NCBI GenBank assembly: GCA_964035545.1
Contig: OZ037768.1
Coordinates: 2,574,741 to 2,638,740, forward strand
Length of the DNA stretch: 64,000 bases
Direction: 5' to 3'
Source: Bugula neritina
Taxonomy: Eukaryota; Animalia; Bryozoa
Shown here: one piece after another, positions 34,332-45,749 of the stretch
How the letters are laid out: each line of letters opens with the position of its first letter
Numbering within the stretch: the first letter of the stretch is position 1
Made by a program: the position numbers and the translations under genes
The notes under the pieces: generated by a model
What the model was told of the DNA's origin: nothing
The model's input: only the letters and a program-made list of their open reading frames with translations
The model's database searches: none

Positions 34332-35523
34332 TCAAGCTAAAGCAGGAAACTCTTTCTCGGTGAAAATCGGATGACTTGATTGTAAATTCACTTTACTGTT
34401 GTTCACCCATTGCATAACTTGCTCAAAAGATATCCTGAAAGTTTGTCGTTGCCTTTCATGTAGACTATTGACATCGGAGCCATGCACAAGCAGGTTTCGA
34501 AGCACCACTATGTTCATTATTACGTTGAAAATATATTCTGGAATTCTGTTTGACACAGATTTTAGTTTTTTACCTAAAAATAAGTTTTAAGAATTACTCA
34601 TATAATAAAATCTAGATATCAAATTTCTTAACATATCAAAGTTGTAAGTATTATGTGGAATATGTGCAAACTAATGGATAGTTTGAAAATAGCTAGAATA
34701 AAAGTATTTTACAACTTTAAAGCAAATGAGAATTATTTTGTGGCCATCACTTGTTTAAACTACTCAATAACCACCTAAAACTATCTAATGAAGAGCCCCT
34801 TCTTGAATCATAGCTTGATATGATATGTTGAAAGGTGTAGACAGAATTTTCTTTACCATTCTACTGCCGTGTGATCAGAAATTGATTTATTTCAGTGCCT
34901 ATAATAAAATTAGTAGTAGATATTTTACCTAGACCCTCTCCGTGAGCTTCATAGTTTTCTTTCAGCACAGTTTCCAGCTGCTTAGTCATTTTCACCACCA
35001 TTTCAAAGTCATTGTTGTGGTACTCATCATAAGCTGCCCCTACCAAGAGATGTAGTGGTTTTCTCTGACTCACTTTAGTCTCATATTTGTTAGATCTCAC
35101 AACCTGTGCAAGGGTTGGTTTTATGTATTCAGTTTGTGTATAGGCATCACGTTTTACAGCCCATTGGTGAGATGCGCTAACCCTGACTGCTGCCGGTACT
35201 ACTGCTGCCTGTGGTAAGTGTTCACCAGGTGGCAAGTGTCCACCTGGTTGTACATGTCTACCTGGTGGTACGTGTCCACCTGGTGGTACGTGTCCACCTG
35301 GTGGTAAGTGTCCACCTGGTGGTAAGTGTCCACCTGGTGGTAAGTGTCCACCTGGTGGTACGTGTCCACCTGGTGGTAAGTGTCCACCTGGCCGTACGTG
35401 TCCACCTGGTGGTACGTGTCTACCTGGTAAGTAACTTTGGGCAGATCTAGTTGGCTGCCATTCTTCATCAGATTCCGACAAACCTTCAGTACTGTCGCCA
35501 AGACAACTGCCTGTATTTCCCAT
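34332..35523 (-). CDS. Unannotated protein 'HEPN-B', 278 aa: N-terminal acylation motif, (PGGH[LV]P)x12 repeat, HEPN (DUF4145-like) putative RNase domain and C-terminal EFPALA
   Basis: Exons 35523-34929 and 34573-34332, with a phase-1 intron at the same codon as in HEPN-A. Starts MGNTGSC. Domain DFEMVVKMTKQLETVLKENYEAHGEGLG|KKLKSVSNRIPEYIFNVIMNIVVLRNLLVHGSDVNSL...; RNLLVH at 34499-34482. Confidence 0.8.
35215..35430 (-). repeat. Coding 18-bp minisatellite, 12 units, in HEPN-B
   Basis: Plus-strand unit CCACCTGGTGGTA(A/C)GTGT, encoding PPGGH(L/V) on the minus strand. Confidence 0.95.
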
Positions 35524-36519
35524 GGAAACTCAGGCCGGCCTGAATTCTGCAAGTTTTAAATCATATAATCTACATGCAGTGTTCATTTACAGCTTTTAGA
35601 ATACTTATACCATTTACAGCGTTCATAATTCTTCAGCTTTTATAGTATAGTTACATAATTTGTAAAATTTATTCTACAGCTTGTATAATACATATATTAT
35701 AAAATTAACTGGTGTATTTAATATGATGAATCTACAACGTTATCGCGGAGCAGAAAGTTAAAGTTAAGTTTCAATTCTCTAAAAACCACTAATAAGGAAT
35801 GCGCGAACACTATCATGGAAAGATAAGTATATACATACTGATAAAGCTATCTCTGCGACACCCTTATACCACAATTGTGCCAGGATAGGCTTATCGAGTT
35901 GGCTAGCAACAAGCATCGAGCAATACTTTCTTAATCTTTGAATTTTATTTACTCTTTGTCTTGTCCTCTATATCAAAATATCAAAAAATAACTACATTTT
36001 GCACAAAAATACATACATAACTAAACTTCAAATAACATCAACAAAAACATAAAACTTCAAAATTATAATTCTACTTACTAACATCAGCTCTTTATAGCGC
36101 CTTCCTGGCAAGTAAACTGTTAATAATTCTAATACATTGAAAATAACAAAACCAAAAAGCTAACAAATAGCTAAACAAGCTACAAAAAGCTAACATATTT
36201 TTTATTTAAATTTTGGCAAACAGCCAGGATTTTCTCCCTGGCACAACTATATATAGATGTAAGCAGTTACATGTAGGTTTAGTTATGCAAACACCAATAA
36301 TACAGAGTGTTCGTACCATGCATCATATGATGAGTTCCTCACTAATGATTGGCTATGTTTACTTCATTCTCTCCTGGTCCAAAAGCTTAAGCAGACCTTG
36401 TTCTGCCATGCCATACCACCAGAACTTTTATTTACTTCTTTGATGGTTTCCTTTGGCTCAAGCTACTCAACTCTTTCATCCAGAACTCATCTATACTTTT
36501 CCCTCTATGTTTCTGGTAA

Positions 36520-36863
36520 GCCTAGGGCCACACTGTGCGTATTTTCGCATGCGAAAATTGAAATCGCAAGTAGCAAAGGTGTCCACTGTAGTGTCAGTGA
36601 CGCATGATAAATGAAGCTTTCATTTTTAAATCGCACTGGCTTTCAATAAAACGCAATTCACTGGAATATAGCACTAAAATAAAGAAATTGGGCTCGCTGA
36701 ATAACTACTAGCCAATTAGGTGACGACGACAGAGACGATTCGCACTTGCGTTGAGAATGCTGAGCTACAAGTGCGAATGTTTTCTCAACGAGTACAGTGG
36801 ACACCTTTGCTACTTGTGATTTCAATTTTCGCATGTGAAAATACGCACAGTGTGGCCCTAGGC
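36520..36863. mobile_element. MITE, PIF/Harbinger (Tourist)-like, 344 bp
   Basis: About 71-bp terminal inverted repeats (GCCTAGGGCCACACTGTGCG..., 2 mismatches) flanked by TAA at 36517-36519 and 36864-36866; no coding capacity. Confidence 0.85.
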
Positions 36864-36866
36864 TAA

Positions 36867-36930
36867 GTATTAGTGGCTAGGGCACTGTCTTAGCACACAC
36901 AAGGTCAGCGGTCGAATCCCAGTAAAGACA
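36867..36930 (+). mobile_element. Degenerate tRNA-derived SINE head
   Basis: TAGTGGCTAGGG (A-box-like) and GGTCGAATCCC (B-box-like) at tRNA-like spacing. Confidence 0.45.
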
Positions 36931-37934
36931 ATACTATACCTAGTTGTTAGAGTTATAATTTGACAGCTAGCTCTTTATTGCACTAAATATTACAAGCAAC
37001 AGAACTAAGAACAAAAAACATAAGTAGCACACTTAGTAGATAGCTATAAAATTGCTATTACAGATAAGCAGCTAAGTACAATAGACTAAGAAACAAAAGC
37101 ACATTCAAATAACATCAACTGATTCAATGTGTGGCTATAAACATATTTACTGACAACAGTAGTGATGTTAGGAAAGGCATTGAGTAATAATTCCTCATTT
37201 GCCACAATAGAAAGCAAGTTCTTGGCCATAACTTTAGAAAAAATTGCCATCAGAGGTTCTGGCAATGGTGTTTATTATAAGCCAACAGAAGTTTTCATTC
37301 TTGAAAAGGATAATTTTTTATATGCTACTCAGTAATTATGAATGACTTATGAAATGCAGCAGTTTTCCTGCTGCCTTTATTAGCAAACTTCCATCAGCAG
37401 CAATTTTGCTTTTTTGGAACACTGGCATTGCTTTTTAGATAAGTCATATAGACTTTCTCTCCCTGCTTACCTCCATAGTCTTGACAAATATTGTGTTTTC
37501 AAGCTTCCATAAATGCATTAACTAACCAAAGTATTTAAAAATTCTAAGTTTCATTTGTATTTCTCACAATGCTAGGTTTACTTCATTTCTCAGAAATATT
37601 AATTACTCCAGCTTTTTTTATAATTACAAATAATATATACAATTTACTCAGAATATCTGTAGCCACATATATATTATATATGAAATTACAAAATCATGTA
37701 TGAAATCAAGTAAAATAAACATAAAATTAAATTTAAATTCAAAGGTTTTTTGTTAGCAGTTCTTTACGCCTCGTTTTATAGTTTCTTAACAGTTTTTGAT
37801 CAAATAATAAGTTGTCTAGGACAAAAAACATGATATATAATCATATTACGTAAAAATATCAAAGGTTGTATAATATTGTTATTTCGTGATAAGAGTTTGC
37901 ACCTATATAAAGTTGCAATAAAACTTTAAAATTG

Positions 37935-40171
37935 TCAAATCATCAACTTCTCAACTCCGTAGGCAATGTCCAGAAGTTTTGCTTCCTCAAAATGCTTGCA
38001 TACAATCTGCAAGCCAACCGGTAGAGGTTTGGTACCACCCTGCAGGAGAAAAAAGTTTAAAAACGTTCAAGCTACAATCGGTTTAATAAAATGTGTTTCT
38101 GTGAAGTTTGTTAGTGTGGACAATTAAAAAAGTATTTAACTAGTAAAACACCGACAAATCTCTCAATGCCAATGTTGGGAAAAAATTCGTTGTGTAACAC
38201 GTGATGAGTTGAAAAAAAAATTATATTATATGCTCCATGAAAAAATTCATAGCATCTACACTTTTTATATACTTACTGTACTTACACTTAATACCAATAA
38301 TGTCAGCACAAAACTTACATCATCTGGTTGAACTTTTCCTACATTCAAAGACAGAGCCGGATGTCCTGTGAGATTGAAAGGAGCGGTGTTAATATTCTTA
38401 AACTGGCCCACTTCATCTATAGATTCTGCAAAGGGAGGAATAGTTGAAAGTTGTTAGTTTTTGTTAATATGAAAAAAAATTAACTAATTTCTCATAAGTT
38501 GCTAAGTGACTGTGTAAATTGTGAGAACTTTTTGAGTGTCAAAGCTATGAAAAATATTGTCAATAAAATTAAATGTCATTGATGCTATAGATTTAGCTAT
38601 ATCTACAATTCAATTTTACAAATTTTACTACTCTTACTGCGGGTGTATTTATTAACTGTTGATGTTAGGTTGAGTAAGAATGCAGTTTTACATTAAAATC
38701 TTAGTTAGCTTTTCAACCAGCCAAAAGAGATACAAAAGATATAATGAGAATAAATATAATATGCGTTCAAGTTTACAGTTCCATAGCTCCATAGGCCACG
38801 GTTAAAGCTGAAATTTAACAGTTAAACACAGAACTATAAATATTCGTGCAAAGCAGCCAATATTCTAATGAAAGAAATTAGTCCACTTATTATTGCCTAG
38901 CTTGGTGATGACTGATGAGTCAGACGAGATATAAGAATACTAATCTTCAAGAAGAGCTAATTTCCATGTGTGCAGTTTTATTACATCACTAGATGTTCAC
39001 TATTATTAAATCATTATAGCAACAACTCAGACCTGAGCTAAATGTTGTTATTAGATGCACTCAGTCACCGGACGGGCTACAGCTAGGCCCATTGTTTTAT
39101 GCCTATTCGGTTGAAAATAACTTGGGGTTCTACTGTCACATGGATTCAGCTTGTTTGTTAGTTCAAAATTATTGATAAAATGTTTAACTAGCATAGAACT
39201 TTAGGCTTTTGCAATGCTTTAGTTTTAATGATATTAAACTATTTAGCAATTTATAGTAACAGTTTACCTTTAGGTGTGAGATCCAGGGGTGGTAGTTTTA
39301 CAGCAACAAATGGTATGGTAGGCATAATCAAGGCATCATATTTCTCTAAGACATCATTGTATGCTTTTCTTAGTGTAGGTCTACAGTTCATTGCTCTAGC
39401 AACTATCTGATTTCCTGGAATTTACCAAAAATAAATGGAATATATTTTTGCAAATTCTAGTGAAACCTTTAGATTTTAGAAGGTTTGAAATTAGTATATA
39501 TCATTAGTACCAAAATAATTTAAAACTCAGTTCAATAGCATACAAAAAAGTAATAAAATCACTGTTATGTGTAAATAGATATCAATTTCTACAAACTGCA
39601 AACACAGTATTTTTCAACTCCTCTTTTAGTTGAATGTATTTGAGTTGCCAAAGAGGGTAACTTCTGAATATCATAGTAACCATAGCAACCCTTGATTATA
39701 TGATAGGAACTCATAAACAAGATGTATCAGCTTAAGGAATATTTATAGAGTATAAACATTTGTCAACTGAAAAGGGTAATTTTCTTCAAGAATGGCTGAC
39801 CGCTTTTTAGAAATAATTTTACAAACAAATTTTCATGAGAATTATTATCAAAATCAATAAAATTTTACTTATTTCAAGTTAGATAAATTGGTTTGGAAAT
39901 GTATAATTGTTTGAGATAACTCATTTACAAAATGCTATAAACAAACATAGTATTTTGTTGTATATTTCAAACTAGGAAGTGTTTGCAGTAGTGAGAAGGT
40001 ATATAAAGTTATTATAACTACATTGCATACATACCATCTTTCTTTCTTATATACTCCCCAAACAATGGATAAGTTTTAGCAATGGGTATGAGATCATGAG
40101 TCCTTCCCTGTAACATGTAACATTTTGTTATCACTATATGCTCATTTATTTCATCAATAATTTATTGATGA

Positions 40172-40235
<64 letters not shown>

Positions 40236-43200
40236 CAAATGCTTGGGGCAATAATTTTATTTAGTATTAGGAAGCAAAATACTAGTAGAATTACCTTCAT
40301 AGCTTGTTTAAAGTGGCGTAATGCAGACACGTTGTAGAGCTCATTGAAGCCTGGTGATTGGCTGAAGTTTTCAAACATACAGTCGTAATACGCAGGTATT
40401 AGTGCCGTCATTAAAATATCACCTTCAACATAGTAGATAAACTATAGGCTTTGGACCTTAGACTGTAAACTATATACCGTATAATGTAGACTGTATACTA
40501 TATACTGTATAATGTGTAATGTATACTGTATACTGTATACTGTATAATGTATACTGTAGACTGCATACTGTATACTGTATAATGTATACTATACATATAA
40601 TGTGTAATATATACCGTATACTGTATATTGTGTAATATATACCGTATACTGTATACTATATACTGTATACTGTATAATGTATACTGTATAATGTAGACTG
40701 TATAGCTACTATATTATACTGTAAGCTAAATACTCGATAAGCTTTTTAATATAATCCGCAACTTGCATCTTAGACTCGCGAATAGATGCTAGTGTTTTTT
40801 CACAATAGTGTACTACTCTATAAGCTATAAAATTACATAATGAGTTGAAAATAATTACTTTGTGCATGAAGAGGTATGCTGACTTCTTCTACGACAGCCC
40901 CTGACTCTCTCAGTTTAGTAATCACATGACTCATTACAGACTTCACACCATCAGAAGCTTTTCCAGAACCTTCTTTGACATAACCAAACTTTACTCCAGC
41001 TAAATCACCTGTCAGCTGAATATGTCATGAGTATAATGAATTGATATAACGCAATTACTATTTTAATTACTGATATGAGTTTAAGTCAACTTGAGACCTA
41101 CCAGTTGACTATATTTTGGTATGACTAAGTGAGGATTCTGCCTATGATCTCTACCATCATCATATCCTGCAATGACCTCTAGTAACTTAGCCACATCAGT
41201 GACATTAGAGGCCATTGGGCCCAGGTGGTCAAAAGATGGTTCCATGCCTGTAAGATAATAAGCAGTTCTAATTAAAAAACATACATTGTATGATTATTGG
41301 TTTTATAAATTATAATAATTATAGTAATATTTAAAACTAACTATTGTTATTAGTAGATATTTACACAACTACTGTAAATGCAGATATGGTATTTCTATAT
41401 ATTTAAATTATATAATAAATAACAATTATTATATAATGTAGAGTCCTATACACAAAATGCCATCATTTCTATAAAAAACTGCTTATGAGCCAAAATGCAT
41501 ATACATTTTTTGTTTCAAACACAGTTTAGAATCAATGCAAATTATTTGGTGCAAGCAAGTGATGATAACATTATTTAATATTATATATATAGGCTGATTT
41601 TCTTAGTAATGAGTCATAGTTTAATTATTTATACTTGTCTAAAATATAATTGCAACTTTATATAATATAATGTTGTATAATTTTATCTATTGAAGAATAT
41701 AAGAAACTATTATTTTCATTCTGTGAATGAGATGAAGATAAATAGGCTCATATTTAAGTAATGCAATTGTTATTATTATGTTATTCTACTCTACCTAAAG
41801 ATCCAGTTACAGGAACTAAACCAAATGTAGCCTTAAGTCCTACACAACCAGACCAACAGCATGGCATACGAATAGACCCTCCCTGATCACCTCCAATAGC
41901 CATGTCCACTTCACCGGTTGCTACCTGCAAGGTTTCTAGCAAGGTTTTTGCTATCCTTGAATATGATTTCATGAAATCAAATAATAAAATTGTTTTACAG
42001 TTTCACATATGCTAAGTTGATAAAGTACTAGTTGAAGCAACTTGGAACAACTTTTTTGTGATCTTAAAATAATATTCTGTAAAACCTACCAAAACAGCAC
42101 TCCCAGAGCTGGATCCACCTGCAGACCTGGTGACATCATGAGGGTTGGGTACTGGACCACTCGCACTGGTGAAACTGTTCCCTGAGCAACACTGGTTCTC
42201 ACAAGTTGACTTTCCAACAATGGTCCCACCTATACATGTACCATGAGCGCTATGAGTAATCTCATTTGTGTCTTGCAGTTTGATTCATGCAGCAGCTTTA
42301 AAGTTTGTTGGAATTTATATTGCTTTTTGCAGCTACCACTGTGCATCATTTTAATAAGAATGAGATAATCAAATGCTGCTACTTTTTAAACTCCTAAACT
42401 TATAACCAAAACAATTTCTGTTTAAGGTAAGATAAAGAGTATAAACTATAATAGTAAATTTGTTCTTAGTTGTTATTAATTTCCAGTGATCCATCTGAAA
42501 GCTAAAACATTTTCACTCAATATTATTAGATGCTTTTTTGGTTGTTTCCATTTTTCTATGCATTAATGAAAGTTTTTAAGAGAAAACTTTGTGTTGCCAA
42601 ATTAGTTTGCTTCTATGAATGATGTCTTAACCTGCTTGCAGTATTCTAGTAACGACTGTAGCATCAAACTCTGGGGTGTATCCTTCCCATATTTTAGATC
42701 CATTTGTTAGTGGAGTTCCAGCAATAAACACATTGTCTTTTATTGCTATTGTTTTTCCAGCTAAGATTCCAGCATTTTCTCCTTTGATTTCCATTTTAGT
42801 TGCCCTCAAAAGAGATAATAACTCCACCCAATAATATAGAAAATTGAATGACAGCTATGCATGTTTGAATTTTTGTGACTAATATGTTATAGGTTTTTTT
42901 ACCAGGTATTGTAGGGGTTATCTTTTCTTGCTGGTTTCACTCCTGGAGTTCTTGGATACAAAACTGGAATTGTTTCCTCTTCAATTGACCGTAAACCATC
43001 ACATGTCTTTAGCCAAGTGTTGATAACTTCTGTAAAAATATTTATGGCTAATAAACGTACCTTCTTTTTATGACCTTTAGCTATTAACCATACTTCCCTC
43101 CAACGTCAGCCTGATAAATTTCTAGCCACCATTTATTAAAAAACTCAAACTGCTAACAATAGATGGCTCTATAATTTATTTTCTTAAAATTCATGCAGCT

Positions 43201-43924
43201 AATCTATACACTTGTGTAAACAAGAAGTCCAATAGCTTGAACAAGGTCCTAAGAAATAGTTTAATTATGCAGTGACAAGCAGAATGCTGCATCATTTTTA
43301 CTGGTCCAGATCTAGCACTATAAATCTAGCACTAGACACAAGACTAACAACTAGCTGCAGAATATATAAATATTTAGAATCATGTGACCTACAAAGTTCA
43401 AACGTACTTACTGTTTACAATCAGGAGAGCACAACTGCATATGATATAACCAGAAGTTATTAGCTCATTACTAGAGAGAAATAGAAACTATTTCTAAATT
43501 GAATGAAATGTGAAGCAAAGCTGAGCAATAAGCCATGCAGTTTTATACTCTTTGATAGATCTATTCTAATGTAAAATAAATCTATACAGCAAACCACCAT
43601 TCACCTAAATACTCTTTGATTTGGTCTTCATTGATTCCAAGATTGAGACCTGCTGAAATCTGAGATAAATCTGCAGAAGAAGCTGGTTCAACCAAAGGGA
43701 TATCTGCAACATAACAAAACTGAGGTGTTTTAGTCGAACCATTTGAATAAATAACTAATGTTAACTACCATAGATAGAAGATCTAACATGCAACTACATG
43801 CAATCATTGCAGTACTTTTAGACTAACAAAACCTTAAAACTGTGCAGCTGGTTGTAATCTACTGCATATCATAACACACCAACCTAACACCTGCCTACTT
43901 ACATGATTTCCTCTCATCCTCCAT
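37935..43924 (-). CDS. Amidase signature-family enzyme, CX3C type, paralogue 1, 517 aa
   Basis: 13 exons: 43924-43903, 43703-43605, 43029-42903, 42804-42632, 42229-42090, 41924-41795, 41247-41102, 41015-40859, 40422-40295, 40107-40035, 39414-39268, 38425-38319, 38039-37935. Triad motifs [20 protein letters not shown]; CENQC; [10 protein letters not shown]; LPVGLQIV. Confidence 0.92.
40174..40233. repeat. (TA)n microsatellite
   Basis: About 30 units, intronic. Confidence 0.97.
40459..40722. repeat. 7-bp tandem repeat (TATACTG/TATAATG), intronic
   Basis: About 37 imperfect units in amidase 1 intron 8; absent from the equivalent intron of paralogue 2. Confidence 0.9.
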
Positions 43925-43983
43925 GTGATCCTCCTGTAGTAGTGATTGTAGAACTTGTTACCAGTTCAAGAGACAGAATTATG

Positions 43984-44210
43984 TTTATATAAAAGTCATT
44001 GCTGTTAAAATAAACAAGTGGCCTTGATTTAGCTAGGAGTGGATGCAAAAGGTGATGCCCCTAACAGTAAAAGTTGCTTTATCAGTATAACTAAGTCATG
44101 CAGTTACAAACAACAATAGCACTGGTGTGGTTATCACCATAATTCTAAGGATGTTGCATAGCAAATGCAAAAAGAAAACAAGTCTCGGAACATCATTTCA
44201 GCCAATAGGA
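43984..44210 (-). promoter_or_regulatory. Putative amidase-1 promoter (TATA box plus a single CCAAT box)
   Basis: TATATAAA on the minus strand at 43991-43984 and AGCCAATAG at 44200-44208. The upstream block ...GATTTAGCTAGGAGTGGATGCAA is shared with paralogue 2. Confidence 0.5.
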
Positions 44211-44968
44211 TGAGTTGTAAAATAGACAATACGTCCTACAATTTTCTATTTGATAAGTAAGTTGCTAATCCTATAAGTGCTGGTAATAAGAGTTTTATAA
44301 AAAAAAGAACCCAGCTAGTACTGCTTATTAATGGGAAAGGGTATATTAAATAAGTGTAGAGCTTTTTTCAGCTGTTTTCTAAATCATTTTATTAACAGCT
44401 GACTACTCCGTGAGCTTCCAACTACTCACATGAGGGTTGGAGTTGTTATACCCTAGCCATGTGTGCCCATATCGGCTACTTCAGCTTTTCAGTGTTTGTT
44501 CAAAATTTAGCAACAATTTTGGGCTAAAAGAGTTTCCAGGGAAGGGAGGCTATAAGAAAATTATGCCTAGTCATTGTCAAATGACAACTAAATTTGTGGT
44601 TTCTCTGTATAGTTCTAAAAGCATGAAGTCCTTCTCTGCTTATCTTTATCTACTGGGTAAATACAGCATCTAGGCAGTGAATGTAAACAAAAACTATTAG
44701 CAGGTATTTTGGAGTTGTTCTCTTCTTACAGGTTATGGCTGAGTGTTAAACGCAGACTACAATGCGTTAGAACTGCATCTTATAAAAGCACTATAGCATG
44801 TATTACAGAAATTAAGGGATAAGCCATGACATGGTTGTATGACTAGTTTCATTGTAGGAATATTGAATAATCTGCTCTGTAGCAACATGACCTAATAATA
44901 TGTGTATTCTTACACATGTATAGTGTCTGGCTGACTACATCAGGTGTCTGCATGCAGTTGTTAGCCTG

Positions 44969-45609
44969 CTATCTGTCAGCTATCTGTCAGCTATCTGTCA
45001 ACTATCTATCAGCTAGCTGTCTACTATCTGTCTACTATCTGTCTACTACCTGTATACTATCTGTCTACTATCTGCCAACTATCTGTGTTTACTATCTGTC
45101 AACTATCTGTGTTTACTATCTGTCAGCTATCTGTGTTTACTATCTGTCAGCTATCTGCCAAATATTTGTCTACTATCGGTCAGCTATCTGTCAGCTATCT
45201 GCCAAATATTTGTCTATTATCGGTCAGCTATCTGTCAGCTATCTGTCAGCTATCTGTCAGCTATCTGTCAGCTATCGGTCAGCTATCTGTCAGCTATCTG
45301 TCAGCTATCTGTCAGCTATCTGTCAGCTATCTGTCAGCTATCTGTCAGCTATCTGTCAGCTATCTGTCAGCTATCTGTCTACTATCTGTCAGCTATCTGT
45401 CAGCTATCTGCCAAATATTTGTCTATTATCGGTCAGCTATCTGTCAGCTATCTGTCAGCTATCTGTCAGCTATCGGTCAGCTATCTGTCAGCTATCTGTC
45501 AGCTATCTGTCAGCTATCTGTCAGCTATCTGTCAGCTATCTGTCAGCTATCTGTCAGCTATCTGTCAGCTATCTGTCTACTATCTGTCAGCTATCTGTCA
45601 GCTATCTGT
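44969..45609. repeat. 11-bp satellite (CTATCTGTCAG)n, about 58 units
   Basis: Direct observation; it generates the spurious SAICQLSVSYL ORFs. Confidence 0.97.
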
Positions 45610-45749
45610 TCATTTTCTGTCAGCAGCCCATATAGCCATAAAACTTGTCTAGATGATAGAATACACGTGCAGCTGAGTCTGAGTTGATGTCATATTTATT
45701 ATATCCAGGAGTTAAAGTATACAACATAATAATAGTTTATTTTACTCTT

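Noticed and set aside
35199-35552. Overlapping ORFs (YHQVDT)n and (VHLVVS)n across the HEPN-B repeat
   Set aside because: Alternative frames of a stop-free 18-bp repeat, without ATG starts; only the MGN frame splices into the conserved domain.
44916-45687. 200-239 aa ORFs with SAICQLSVSYL repeats
   Set aside because: Artefacts of the 11-bp satellite.
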